Positions 40,672-53,115 of a DNA stretch of 64,000 nucleotides are shown piece by piece. The stretch is from Octopus bimaculoides. Its lineage: Eukaryota. The notes beneath the pieces are model-generated. The model saw only the letters and a list, made by a program, of their open reading frames with translations, was not told the origin of the DNA and did not search any database. The stretch spans positions 47,385,571 to 47,449,570 of the forward strand of contig NC_068999.1 of the NCBI RefSeq assembly GCF_001194135.2, given 5' to 3'. Position numbers and translations under genes: made by a program. Numbering within the stretch: the stretch's first letter is position 1; each line of letters opens with the position of its first letter.

Positions 40672-41083
40672 TTTCAAATTTTGGCACTAAGCCAGCAATT
40701 TAGGGAGAAGAGTAAGTCGATTACATCACCCTCAGTATTCAATTGATAATTGTCTAATCAACTCCAAATTTGAACTCAGAACATAAAGCCATGTGAAAGG
40801 CTGCTAAGTATTGAACTCAGCATGCTAACAATTCTGCCAGCTCACTGCCTTAATTTAAGAAATGATATTGATTTCAAATTTTGGCACAAGGCCAGCAATT
40901 TCGGGGGAGCTAGTAAGTCAATTTGATTGACCCCAGCGTTTGAGTGGTATTTATTTTATCAACTCCAAAAAGATTAAAGGCAAAGTCGACCTTGATGGAA
41001 TTTGAACTCAGAATGCAAAGACAGACAAAATACCGCTAAGTATTTCACCTGGCATGCTAATGATTCTTCAAGCTCACCACCTG
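40672..41083 (-). mobile_element. Two adjacent SINE family B copies; the second is flanked by a ~17-bp TSD
   Basis: aatttaagaaatgatat (~40853) / aatttaagaaataatat (~41084) bracket the second copy. Confidence 0.8.
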
Positions 41084-41879
41084 AATTTAAGAAATAATAT
41101 AAAAAGTTAAATGTGGCAGGTAAGGAACAAAAAAGAGAAAAAAATGTTCAAGTAGATAAAATATCAAAGAGGAAAATTAAAATTGGCATGGCAGGTAAAA
41201 TTATTCATTCAAAGAGAAGTGTGTTGAAAATCTACGTGAAACAATATGAGAAAGTCTTTTCTTTGATTTTCGTGTGTGTGTGTGTGTGTACGTGCATGCG
41301 TGAAATAGCCACAAAATATGCTTACAGAGAAAATGCTGTATGAATGGTTGAAAGAACATGAGACATTGATTCAGCTAAATGGTGTGTGGTTCTCTAATAG
41401 ATAGGCAAAATCCCTCATTTATTGTTTGGTGGAGGAAAACTGTGACTGATGAACAATGATCAATGAGATGTCAAAGAAAAATTAGTGACTGACAAGCTAA
41501 ATGCATGATAATGGAACCCACCAAACAACAAAACTCTTAGTCAAATTGATGACTTTATCATATTTAATTTGATAGAGCAATGAGGCGTCTGTAACTGGTG
41601 ACATTATAGTCAGTGCCAAGTCACTACATGAACACCACCTAAGAATCAAAGTTTCACAGAATCCAAAATAATGAAAAGAAAATGTGAGTATGAATATTCA
41701 AACTGAAGATTAGTTTCATTGCCCTTGTGAATGTAATGTCTTGACCTTCTGGTCCATCCCAGTTCAGCTTGAGATGCATGAGGAGCTCCAATTAATCTTT
41801 CTTGCTAACAGCTCTTCATACAAGGGAAAGAAATGTAGAAGCTTGTCCTCCATAAAAAAAATATTATTTTCAAATGGTC

Positions 41880-43010
41880 AAATGGTCAAGTCAGATGCTG
41901 GCCTTTGAAGAATAAGATGCAATATTTGGGATATTATGTGCAACTTTATACAGCCTTTGGTATGATGGTTGATGTGCTTTGCTGAAAGATTCATACAAAA
42001 GCATGAATGAGTCTTCTCAGTTCTTTTGGTGCCATTGAAATACTTTGATGTGGACCGATTGAAGAGATGTCTGACATGTGTTGTGTCAGTCCAGATGCTT
42101 GGTTGGATCTTGTGACGTAGTTTCTGAGTTATGGGTGACTAAGTGTCCAGGTAGCCTAAGTGTACTTCCATATACCAGTGGTACAACTTGTCTCAGCCTT
42201 TATCATTGCATGTAAACCATGTAAAACAATGGGAACAAGCTCATGCCAATGGTCAGGGTTATGTTGTGCACAGAGAGCAGCCTTCAGTTGTTGATGGAAC
42301 CTGTTGACCGTTTCATTGGCCTCAGGCTGTAGAACATATATGTTGATATCCAAGGTCTGTGAGTGCAGGGAAAAGGGTAGATCCTAACTGCAAGCCTAGG
42401 CTGTGTATGATAATAGACGGAAACCAAACTGAAAAATCCAGTTTTGTAAATAAAGTTCATGCTGCTGTTTCCACTGATATATCTTATTTCTTTATTGCCC
42501 ACAAGGGGTTAAACATAGAGGGGACAAACAAGGGAATTAAGTCGATTACATCGACCCCAGTGTGTAACTAGTACTTCTTTTTATTAACGAAATACCGCTA
42601 AGCATTTTGACCAGCATGCTAACGTTTCTTATTTCTTTATTGCCCACAAGGGGCTAAACATAGAGGGGACAAACAAGGACAAACAAAGGGATTAAATCGA
42701 TCCCAGTACGCAACTGGTACTTAATTTATCGACCCTGAAAGGATGAAAGGCAAAGTCGACCTCAGCGGAATTTGAACTCGGAACGTAACGGCAGACGAAA
42801 TACCACTAAACACTTCGCCTGGCGTGCTAACATTTCTGCCAGCTTGCCTTCCACTGATATATCTGTGATGGGAAGAGACCCTGGTCATGTCAACATGTCC
42901 GTGCATGTCAGTGGTCTGCACAAGCCATCAAATAGAAGTAATTTTCCGAAGGGACAAAGGATCCAATCAAATCACTCCCTATGTGTTGGAACCTAGCATC
43001 TGGTGTAATA
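41880..43010 (-). mobile_element. Degenerate Ty3/Gypsy integrase relic, interrupted by a SINE B dimer
   Basis: Minus-strand pieces PDARFQHIGSDLIGSFVPSENYFYLMACAD, PEANETVNRFHQQLKAALCAQHNPDHWHELVPIVLHG and QPSYQRLYKV match the rve core and GPY/F motifs. Multiple stops/frameshifts. Confidence 0.75.
42485..42848 (-). mobile_element. SINE family B dimer with a single 16-bp TSD
   Basis: ttccactgatatatct at 42469-42484 and 42849-42864. Confidence 0.85.
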
Positions 43011-43221
43011 AACATGTCAGGAGATGATTTCACATCTTGGTTAATTTTTGCATGACAACATTTCAAGAAGTACCACACCCATAAGTGTACAGTATGATTA
43101 ATTCCTGGCCATATATACCTTGCAGTAATTAATTTCTGTACATAACTACACCAGTACCCATAGATGAATACTGTACATTAAGTAAGAAACAGAGACTACC
43201 ATTCAGTAATAATACTGCCTC

Positions 43222-43468
43222 TTCTACTTGTTTCAGTCATTAGATTACAGCCCATGCTGGGGCACTGCCTTGAAGAGTTTTGGTCAAACAAATTGACCCT
43301 AGGACTTATTCCATTGGTCTCTTTTGCTGAACCAAAAAGTTATGGGGACATAATCAAACCAACACCAGTTGTCAAGCAGTGGTGGATGACAAACATATAC
43401 ACAAAGATGCAGACACATAGATATATACATATATATGCATATATGTATGTATGCATGTATGTATGTAT

Positions 43469-43506
<38 letters not shown>

Positions 43507-43650
43507 ATATATATACATTTATATGATGGGCTTCTTTCTATTTCCATCCACCAAGTCCACCCATGGGACTATAATAGGAGACACTTAACCAAGATGCCAC
43601 TCAGTGGGACTGAACTCAGAACCATGTGGCTGGAAGCAAGCTTCTTATCA
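43222..43650 (-). mobile_element. SINE family A
   Basis: Reverse-complement match including the central TA microsatellite. Confidence 0.8.
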
Positions 43651-44014
43651 CACAGCCACGTCTGTCACTAATATCTGACTTTTGCTTGGCCTGTTGGCAA
43701 TGGTGATACTAATGACTGAATAGTCAGTGTTTCTCACCATATTTTGGTGAAAGCGAGATTTGGTCAGCATGTTGTTATTGAATACCTGCCTTAGGTGAAA
43801 TGCAAAACTCACTGAAATCAAGTGATATAGTAGTTCCACTACCAGTGCTGAGCGTTTCTTGTCTGCTTCTAATATCTCTGAGCTTCTATGCACTAAACGT
43901 CTGTATGTGTGACTTTCCCAAGACAAGTACTGCAGTATTAATGTGCTCTTATAATACATCCACGTTAAGTAGGATAGAGAGACTGTTATACATATATATA
44001 TGCATATACATACA

Positions 44015-44230
44015 TCATCATCATCATCATCATCGTTTAACGTCTGCTTTCCATGCTAGCATGGGTTGGACGATTTGACTGAGTACTCGTGAAACCGGAT
44101 GGCAACACCAGGCTCCAATCTAATTTGGCAGAGTTTCTACAGCTGGATGCCCTTCCTAACGCCAACCACTCAGAGAGTGTAGTGGGTGCTTTTACATGTC
44201 ACCCGCACGAAGGCCAGTCAGGCGGTACTG
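44015..44230 (-). mobile_element. RTE 3'-tail repeat (family C)
   Basis: Near-identical to 21466-21660. Confidence 0.85.
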
Positions 44231-45664
44231 GAATATACACTTGCACCCACACCTGTGAGCATGGTATTGCCTGAAATATCAAGGAGCTAAAATTAACTAA
44301 CATGTGAGAATCACCTTTGAATTGATTCTTTTTACTGCACCAGATGTCATCACCGTGCATACACTAAAGCCTACCATCCTCAGGTTGATGGAATGGTATG
44401 TGCATGTTTGTATATGTGAGAGAGAGAGAGTGAGAGAGAGAGAGTTGTAAGCTTGGGTTCTTGTGCAGCGAAGATATAACAGAAAAAATACCCACTAAAA
44501 TGCTATTGTATCATGAGTAAGATGGAAGCAATGTCAAAGGATTCCCATGGGAAGATACAGGGGTCACTGATATGTTGGATGAATGGAAGATCTTTCCAAC
44601 ACCAAACTGAGCAACCACAAACCTCCTTTTAAGATCCAAGAAAGGTATGATAATTCAGTGTTAGACAGGTATATATGATTTTTTGAAGATAAAAGCTGCA
44701 CTGTCTTAAATCAACTGGAGATTGCTAGAAAAGTGTAGGCCATGTCTTCACAGCAGCAGAAAGCCAAAGGAATTATCCTGAAGAATTTGCTTTACCTGTG
44801 GACCTTCCTAAACTCTAGATACAAAATTTTTACCCCCTGCCTTCATGAATGGAATTATATTTTCACTAATTGATCTAGTCCTCCATACCAGTCATATCTG
44901 GCATTTGGCCCTATTGGAATTATTTTCCTCCCTTTCTTATGTATTTTGACACTTATTCTTTTCTTTCTTCCAATCTCCTCTTTATTTATTTCTTTTCTCT
45001 TATAAGTCTCGTCCTCCATTTGTCTCCCTACCTTCCTCCCCATTCTCTCTCCTCTCACAATTTTGCACTCGCTTTATCGCATTGCCCCACCACACATCTC
45101 ACCAATACACATACACGCTTACAATATAATACATACATATAAAACTCCTTCACAAACCAGCTCATTAGCTCCCCATCTCCCACCATTCCTCTCTTTCTCT
45201 CACCCTCTCCTCATAACACTTCACCCTACTTCATTCGTATACACACACACATGCAATGAAAATTCTTTGCACATTGGCCTCGCCTGCTGGGTTTCCTTTT
45301 GACTGCATAATCCAATCCAAGGGACATAACTCTGGAAGAACTAGACCTAGCATTTCATTTTGTCTGCACCTATTTTCAACGCTTTTTTTTTTTTTTCGGT
45401 TTCTTTAATGCAGCCAAAAATTGTATTGGCTTATTAGCCAGACCTTTACTTTTATACCTTCACTGCAAAAGAATCCAAGCATTAGATTTCCAGTTGACTA
45501 CGTCTGATGATTATACAATTATTCTTACCTTTATATAATGAACTTACATAGTGTTCAGGTGCACTTACAGCTCATCAGAAAAAGTAATCAAAACTACATG
45601 AACAGTACATAGAATATAGACATGCACACTGACGTACAAACAAACAAACAAACAAAAAGAACGC

Positions 45665-46072
45665 AGAAATAATACATTTCTAAATCTCTCAGAGAGATTT
45701 ATGCAGTAGTGATATGATGAAGTAGTTGTATGCTGTCAACTTAATGTGACAGTCCCATGAAGGGAATAATACTACTGTTGGTTAGACCTAGGAAGCTGCA
45801 TCGCTTCCTGTCGGCCTTGACACACTTCCTGTGTCCTTATGTTTACAAGGGGGAGACAAGCACCTCCACTCAGCTAAGCCTGCATCCAGATTCAGAAACA
45901 TGTCTCTGGACGCAGGCTTAGCTGGGTGGAGGTGCTTGTCTCCCCCTTGTAAACATAAGGACACAGGAAATGTGTCAAGGCCGACAGGAAGCAGTGCAGC
46001 TTCCTAGGTCTAACCAACAGTAGTATTATTCCCTTCAGGGGACTGTCACATTAAGCTGACAGCATACAACTA
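45665..46072. mobile_element. Foldback/MITE-like element: 58-bp leader + 350-bp near-perfect inverted repeat
   Basis: Arms 45723-45890 and 45905-46072 (168 bp each, 7 mismatches by hand count), with a 14-nt loop. Confidence 0.9.
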
Positions 46073-46399
46073 TTTTCAAAAAGAAGAATGCAGCTCTGAA
46101 AATGGATAGAGACAATGACAACTGAAAATGTTGCAAGATGCAATGAAAATTTTAGAAAAAATAAATAAGTAAATGAGTGGAAATCGAACTGGTGAGTGTG
46201 TTAAATAATAAGGCACTAAAAGAGAATGCCTCTCCCCAAATACAATAAAATCTATGGAAACTGTCTAACATTTATCTTTACTTCCAACTCATTGCAATTG
46301 TGAAATTTTGTAATGGTTCAATAAAATCTCTACTATGTTACTTTGAAAAATTTTAATGAAACAAACTGACTCCTATACTTATATTTTTTTAAAACCCGG

Positions 46400-46660
46400 T
46401 ACTTTTTCTATTGGTCTCTTTTGCTGAACTGCTTAGTTATTGGTACATAAGCACACCAACACTAGTTGTCAAGGACAAACAAAGACACACACACACAGAT
46501 ACAACAGGCTTCTTTCAGTTTCCATGTCATCCACTCACAAGGCTTTGGTCACCCTGAGGCTAAGGTAGAAGACATTTGCTTAACGTGCCACACAGTGGGA
46601 CTGAACCCAGAACCATATGGTTGAGAAGCAAACCTCTCACCACATAGCCACACCCGCACC
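46400..46660 (-). mobile_element. SINE family A
   Basis: Reverse complement: ggctgtgtggtgagaggtttgcttctcaacc... Confidence 0.8.
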
Positions 46661-46770
46661 TTTCAGTTGATGAGTTGATTTTAATTAACAGTTCTGTAAT
46701 AAAATACTCTTGCATATGATCTAACTACTCAGTTTGATTAATTTTTATTTCAATTTGTTTCTTTTTCTAG

Positions 46771-47216
46771 TTCCGTCTGGCGTTACACCAATCCTTACTG
46801 CTGTCAGCCGTAATCAAATGAATGTGGTTAAACATTTACTTTATTGGAACTGTGAGTTTCAGAATCGAGGTAGAATCTCTCGCAAAAGAATTGATTATTA
46901 CTTCGATCCTTTTGAACTGGCTATCTTCATGAAACACTGGGAAATAGCAAAACTTTTACTTTTTGCTGGTTATCAATGGAAGGCAGGCTTAGTTGAAAAT
47001 AATGAAGACCTCAGAAACCCACTACTTGCATGTGAAGAAATGGCAAAATGGTACACAGACTATACACGCACAACGCAATCACTTCAGTTTTATTGCATCA
47101 GGACGATTCGATTATGTTTCGGTGGAAATATTTCCCAAAAACTGAAGAGTTTGAAACTTCCACCTTTCATTAACAACAAAATTCTTTTAAATCATTTGCT
47201 CTCAGTCGACAGCTAA
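46771..47216 (+). CDS. Ankyrin-repeat/SOCS-box protein, constant last exon with SOCS box
   Basis: Acceptor TTTTTCTAG. Phase 1 gives (F)PSGVTPILTAVSRNQMNVVKHLL (ankyrin), and C-terminal QSLQFYCIRTIRLCFGGNISQKLKSLKLPPFINNKILL is a BC-box/cullin-box SOCS motif. TAA at 47214-47216. Full CDS is 461 aa (A form) or 437 aa (B form). Confidence 0.93.
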
Positions 47217-48373
47217 TATATCACAATTGTCTTGTACATTTGCATGCAGTTCTAAGTTCACAGAGATCAAAAGATATTTATTTATTCAGAGGGTCAGCCC
47301 ATGACAATTTGTACCAGGGAAGAAATTGTGGATATTTATTTCAGATTTATTAAAACATCTTTATTTACCTGTGGCTGGATTGTTATTTTATTTTTTTTAT
47401 TTTTTCAGTATATTGTTATTAGCTTTATTTCTCACCAAGTGTCATTTAGATTCTTTTATTCACAAAATTCAAACCTATAGTATCGATATAAAATACCAAA
47501 ACAATTGTACTGATCATGATCAGTAAATGTAACGAAATAGAAAATCTAATGAAAATATTAATTTTCTGTTAAAAGTAAAGAGGGGAAAATACTTTTGAAG
47601 ATTGGTTAACTCTTTTATTACTATGTGCCTGTTGAAATAAACTGCTTTTCTTTCAATTAATTTTGAAAATGATGAAGAATTTTGTAAAGTAACTTTGTCA
47701 TTGTTAACCTGGTGTTTAGAACACCTTATCACACTCTGTGTCAAGCTGAATCTCCCCCGAGAACTACGTTAAAGGTACACATGTCTGTGGAGTGCTCAGC
47801 CACTTGCATGTTAATTTCATGAGCAGGCTGTTCTGTTGATCGGATCAACTGGAACCCTTGTCGTCAGAATAGGACCACTTTCAGATTCAAATATCTATGA
47901 AGTATGAAAATCATTTTTAAGGTGAAAGTAATTTTATTCTCCAAACAAATTTAATCTGCCTTGTTTTGTTCTTCTAAGTCCACACGTGTACAAACTACAC
48001 CTATCCTTATTTATCTCTGGTTCATTGATCACTGATCTGGGATAACATGATATGCATAAGTGCAGGAATGAAATTTGCTTTTTAGGTGCTAACCCAGGTC
48101 CAACCCAGAATGTGCAAAGCATTTTCATTAGTCACTCACTACCAAAAAAAATTCTAGGGGGTGTGCTTTGACCCCATGTTGCTGAGCCTAAGATGATATG
48201 CTCAGTTGTGAACCATGTTACATTTATCACAAATTGATTTATGATGACAATGGTTTGCAACTAAGGATAATGTTTGTTTCACAAAAGCACACCCCAACAA
48301 CCATATATGATACTCAGTTACCCATAATGCACTGGTTATTGCTGCGCTGTCAGGCTGCATCTTTTTTTAAATA

Positions 48374-48595
48374 GATTTACATACACATACAATAAAAAAT
48401 GGATTTACATACACATACAATAAAAAATGGATTTACATACACATACAATAAAAAATGGATTTACATACACATACAATAAAAAATGGATTTACATACACAT
48501 ACAATAAAAAATGGATTTACATACACATACAATAAAAAATGGATTTACATACACATACAATAAAAAATGGATTTACATACACATACAATAAAAAA
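48374..48595 (+). repeat. 28-bp minisatellite x8 (gatttacatacacatacaataaaaaatg)
   Basis: Seven essentially identical units plus one partial unit, at 28-bp spacing. Confidence 0.95.
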
Positions 48596-49427
48596 AAAGT
48601 TGAAATGCAAGGAAACTTAGTAGATTGGTAAAATAGTAAAAAAAGGTGAAGAAAAGAAAAGAAAAGAAACAAACGATGGGAAGAATGACAATAGCGTATC
48701 AGTGAAGAGAAATACTTTGAAACTAAAAGAAGAGCAAAATTTATATTTGTGTAAGGTCTGGTTCGCTTACCTTAAATGTAGAACTAAACAGGTTTGGCTA
48801 TTTTAAGCGAAGGAGAAAGAACAGGGACCCAGAGAAAGTGTTTGTTCTCCAAGTGGGTAGAAAGCGCTGCCCACAGCACTTGTAGTAAGGATGATTAAAA
48901 GTAACATTAACTCTTTAGCATTCAAACCAGCCATATCCTACCCGAATATTCTACTTGTTTTATGATCAAACTGGCCAAATCTGGCTTTTCATACCTGCTC
49001 TACAATGTCATAAACTATCACTTCATCATCATAATCTTGAAGCTATGAGATAATGCATGATTGTTTCGAAGCAATATAAATAAATAAATATTACATTTGG
49101 CAGAATAATCTGGATGCTTAAGGGCTAAAGTAATTTGGAACTAATTTGTTACAGCAGTAGTAACCATCATTTTGGTTTATCATTCCAGTTGGTCTGATCA
49201 GACACTCCACATATTGCTTATTCATTGAAGAACAATAAAAAAAACCATCATGAAAAATTAATCATTCTTTAACTCTTTTGTCCCATAATCTCAGCGCTAA
49301 GGGGCTAAACAGGCATCGACTGCAGACTGAAGTTCCTCAGCATCAGATTTGGACTGACACAAAACTGAGAAGAATGTGAGCGGCATCTATAATTGGAAAG
49401 ACTTCATTTGTATCATACATATAGGTG

Positions 49428-49837
49428 CAGGAGTGGCTGTGTGGTAAGTAGCTTGCTTACCAACCACATGGTTCTGGGTTCAGCCCCACTGCGTGGCACC
49501 TTGGGCAAGCGTCTTCTACTATAGCCTCGGGCAGACCAAAGCCTTGTGAGTGGATTTGGTAGACGGGAACTGAAAGAAGCCCGTCGTATATATGTATATG
49601 TATATANNNNNNNNNNNNNNNNNNNNNNNNNNNNNNNNNNNNNNNNNNNNNNNNNNNNNNNNNNNNNNNNNNNNNNNNNNNNNNNNNNNNNNNNNNNNNN
49701 NNNNNNNNNNNNNNNNNNNNNNNNNNNNNNNTGGGGGTACAACCCACTAAGGGATAGTATCTATCCAGTATACTGCTGGGAGGGTACCCAATTATTGCTA
49801 CACTAGTGCTATACTAGGTGCAATCAATGGGAGCGGG

Positions 49838-49868
<31 letters not shown>

Positions 49869-50098
49869 GTGTGTGTGTGTGTGTATGTGTTTGTGTGTCT
49901 GAGTTTGTCCCCACAACATCGCTTGACAACCGATGCTGGTGTGTTTACGTCCCTGTAACTTAGCGGTTCGGCAAAAGAGACCGATAGAATAAGTACTAGG
50001 CTTACAAAGAATAAGTCCTGGGGGTCGATTTGCTCGACTAAAGGCGGTGCTCCAGCATGGCCGCAGTCAAATGACTGAAACAAGTAGAAGAGTAAAGA
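49428..50098 (+). mobile_element. SINE family A halves separated by microsatellite/N gap
   Basis: caggagtggctgtgtggtaagtagc... (5' half) and ...aaatgactgaaacaagtagaagagtaaagag (3' half). Confidence 0.85.
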
Positions 50099-50367
50099 GT
50101 ATAGTGGTGAATCTTTTCATGGAAATTATTACATTTACTATTAGTCTGTGCATGCACACGTGTGTGTGTGTGTGTGTGTGAGACATGATCTTGTTTCACT
50201 TTTACTACTGCCAGTGGAATTCACAATCTAGTTCCAGTTCTTAGTTATGTCAGTAATTCTCGAGTGAAAGATGAGAACATACCACCATCCTACTTCCTCT
50301 TCCATGTAAATTTGTGTTAAGCAACAAATTATCGTCTCATATTACATTCAAACACTTTGACGTTTGG

Positions 50368-50520
50368 CAGTGGTGTTGCTAGCATGTGTGCCACCTGGGA
50401 TAGCCCTTGAGTCCACCTCCTCCTCATACAGGCTTATACAAGCTGACCCAAATGTGCCGCCTGTATAAAAGCACCACCAAGGGTAGATGGGCTGCCTTGC
50501 CCACCCTAGATATGTTACTG
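50368..50520. mobile_element. Short hAT-like MITE
   Basis: Imperfect TIRs cagtggtgttgctag / ctagatatgttactg. 8-bp TSD acgtttgg / atgtttgg. Confidence 0.65.
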
Positions 50521-50715
50521 ATGTTTGGTTGGAAAGAATTCAATGCTTTTCGTTAGCTATTTGCATAAACTGTTTCAGTTTACATTTTGCTGTCAGAAGA
50601 GATAACTTCCAGGTGGGATGAGCTGAATTTGTATCAAAGAAAATGGTGTATTTGAAACTGAATGCACCTAAGAAATAATTATAAAGAAATTTATAGAAGC
50701 TTTGATTTTAAAAAA

Positions 50716-50754
<39 letters not shown>

Positions 50755-50756
<2 letters not shown>

Positions 50757-51170
50757 GGTTTGTTAGCAGAATTGTTAGTACACTGGGCAAAATTGCATTT
50801 CATCCATCTTTATGTTCTGAGTTCAAATTCTGCCAAGGCTGACTTTGCTATCATCCTTTCAGGGTTGATAAATTAAGTACCAGTTGAACACTGGGGTTGA
50901 TGTAATCAACTTTTCCCCTCCCCCAAAATTGCTGGCTCTGTATCAAAATTTCAAAACTGTTTATTATGAAGGTGGTAAACACAATACTCAAAACGCTTAA
51001 TGCGATTTCTTCCGGCTCTTTACTTTCTGAGCGCAAATCCGGCCGAGATCAAATCTGCCTTTCATCTTTTCCAGGTCAATAACATAAAGTACCAGTCAAG
51101 TACTTGGCCAACGGAAATGACCGTCCATTTCCTCCTAAAATTGATTGCATTGTGTGAAAATTTGGAACAC
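50755..51170 (+). mobile_element. Two adjacent SINE family B copies
   Basis: Two gagttcaaat/gcgcaaat...tttgc.t.tcatc.ttt..aggg/gg.t..ataa..aagtaccagt cores. Confidence 0.75.
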
Positions 51171-51174
51171 TTAT

Positions 51175-51542
51175 TCCGTCTGCCTTAGCGAAGGCAAAGG
51201 TGTTGTTTCCAGTTGTGTTTGTTTGTTAGTCAATGGACAAGATATCTCAAGAACCGCTGGATGGATTCAGATGAAACTTTCAGGGATGTTTGACCTCATT
51301 ACTGGCATGAACTGACTAGATTTTGGGATCAATCTGGTACTGGATAAGGATCCTGGATTATTTTTCCATATTTTTTTTGCTTAATTTTTAAGAGCGGCTG
51401 GGTTCATTTTTAGTAGTCTTGCTTGTGAGAGCAGTTGAGTTTATTTCAGATATTCTCATTTTAAAAAATCATCTCTGGCTAATCGTTGAGAGGACGTTGG
51501 TGTTGCCTTGGCGAAGGTTTGCGCTCTCTGACTGCTCTTATT
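51175..51542 (+). mobile_element. HINE/DINE-1-like element
   Basis: 5' tgccttagcgaaggc, (gttt)n, and 3' gccttggcgaagg + stem-loop gcgctctctgactgc. Reverse homologue of 19695-20035. Confidence 0.65.
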
Positions 51543-51649
51543 ATCATTAACCCTGCATGCATAAGCAAAGCAATGTTATTGTAGTCACTGGTCTTTGTCA
51601 GTTTGTGTGTTTGTCTGTGTGTTTGCAAAATTACTGGTTATTGTTGTTG

Positions 51650-51992
51650 TTGTTTGTCTGTCTTCATGTTTTGAGTTCAAATTCCATTGGGGTCGACTTT
51701 ACCTTTCATCTTTTCAGGGTCAATAAAATAAGTTCCAGTTGATCACTAGGGTCAATGTAACTGACTTGAACCTCTGCCCCAAAACTACTGGTCTTGTGCC
51801 AAAATTTGAAACCATTTTTGTTATTTTTGTTGTTTATCAATCTTTACATTCTGAATTCAAATTCTGCCGAGGTCAACTTTGCCTTTTACCTTCTCAGGGT
51901 TCATAAAGTAAGTACCAGTTGATCCTTGTGACCAATGTAATCGACTTACCACCTCCCCCCAAATTGCTGGCCTTGTGCCAAAATCTAAGACC
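51650..51992 (+). mobile_element. Two adjacent SINE family B copies
   Basis: Family B cores at ~51670 and ~51855. Confidence 0.75.
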
Positions 51993-52775
51993 ATTATTAT
52001 TGTTGTTGTTGTTGTTGTTTTTTCTCAAGATGGTTCCATAAGAACCCGGTTACTTTTCTACTCCGATGGAAAGCTGCATCTAGTAGCCTTAGGTGTCAGA
52101 GTTAATTAATCAAGTACCAGTTGAGCGCTGGGTCAAAGTAATTGACTAAGCCCCCTCCCCTCAAAATCTCATGCCCTCTTCCTACAGACGATAGGATTAT
52201 TACTAAGTTAAGTAAAAAGAAAAGGAGAAAGAGAAGGAAAGAAAGAAGAAAAAAGAAAAAGAAAAGGAGTGTTATCATTATGGCGAATAACATTGTGGCC
52301 ATAAAAATCTTGTCAAGAGATGTGATGACACCTTTTAGTGGACTACTAGAATGCTGTCGTCCAAATTTATATGGGTAAAGGCGTGGCGGAGTTGAGGTCA
52401 AGGTGCCAATACACAGGCATGCTTACGTACGTCTGCACACCAACTCTCGTATATTTAGGGTCTTACCATTTGTTATACTGCTCATTGGCCCTTCAAACTT
52501 ACTGTTTTGATTGTTTTTGTTGTTTATATTTTTTTACTACTAGCTTTTCTATTTCGTTGAACTCACTGCCGTGTTTTGGCCGACTTAGAAATTCTCTGCG
52601 ACTATGTAGTCTTCTTTAAGGTAATCTCAACTTGATGATTAGCTACAGCGAGTAGAGTTTATTACATAATAATTGCATCATGAGCTTTGGCTAGTTAAAA
52701 AACATATGTAGTGTATATTTTACGTATTCCATTCCCTCAATTTGGATGTGTGTGTGTGTGTGTGTGTGTGTATAC

Positions 52776-53115
52776 TCTTTACTCTTTTACTTGTTTCAGT
52801 CTTTTGACTGTGGCCATGCTGGAGCACCACCTTTAGTCGAGCAAATCGACCCCAAGACTTATTCTTTAGAAGCCTAGTACTTATTCTATCAGTCTCTTTT
52901 GCCGAACCGCTAAGTTACAGGGACATAAACACACCAGCATCGGTTGTCAAGCGATGTTGGGGGGACAAACACAGACACACAAACACACACATACATATAT
53001 ATATACGACGGGCTTCTTTCAGTTTCCGTCTACCGAATCCACTCACAAGGCTTTGGTCAGCCCGAGGCTATAGTAGAAGACACTTGCCCAAGATGCCATG
53101 CAGTGGCACTGAACC
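52776..53115 (-). mobile_element. SINE family A, runs into N gap
   Basis: Reverse complement of the 49428-50098 consensus. Confidence 0.9.

Noticed and set aside
48374-48595. 28-bp direct repeats as a CRISPR array
   Set aside because: The units are contiguous with no unique spacers, and the context is eukaryotic: a minisatellite.
49428-49500. tRNA-like heads (here, at 37697, at 40383 etc.) as tRNA genes
   Set aside because: They continue into SINE bodies and lack a complete cloverleaf: SINE promoters, not tRNA genes.
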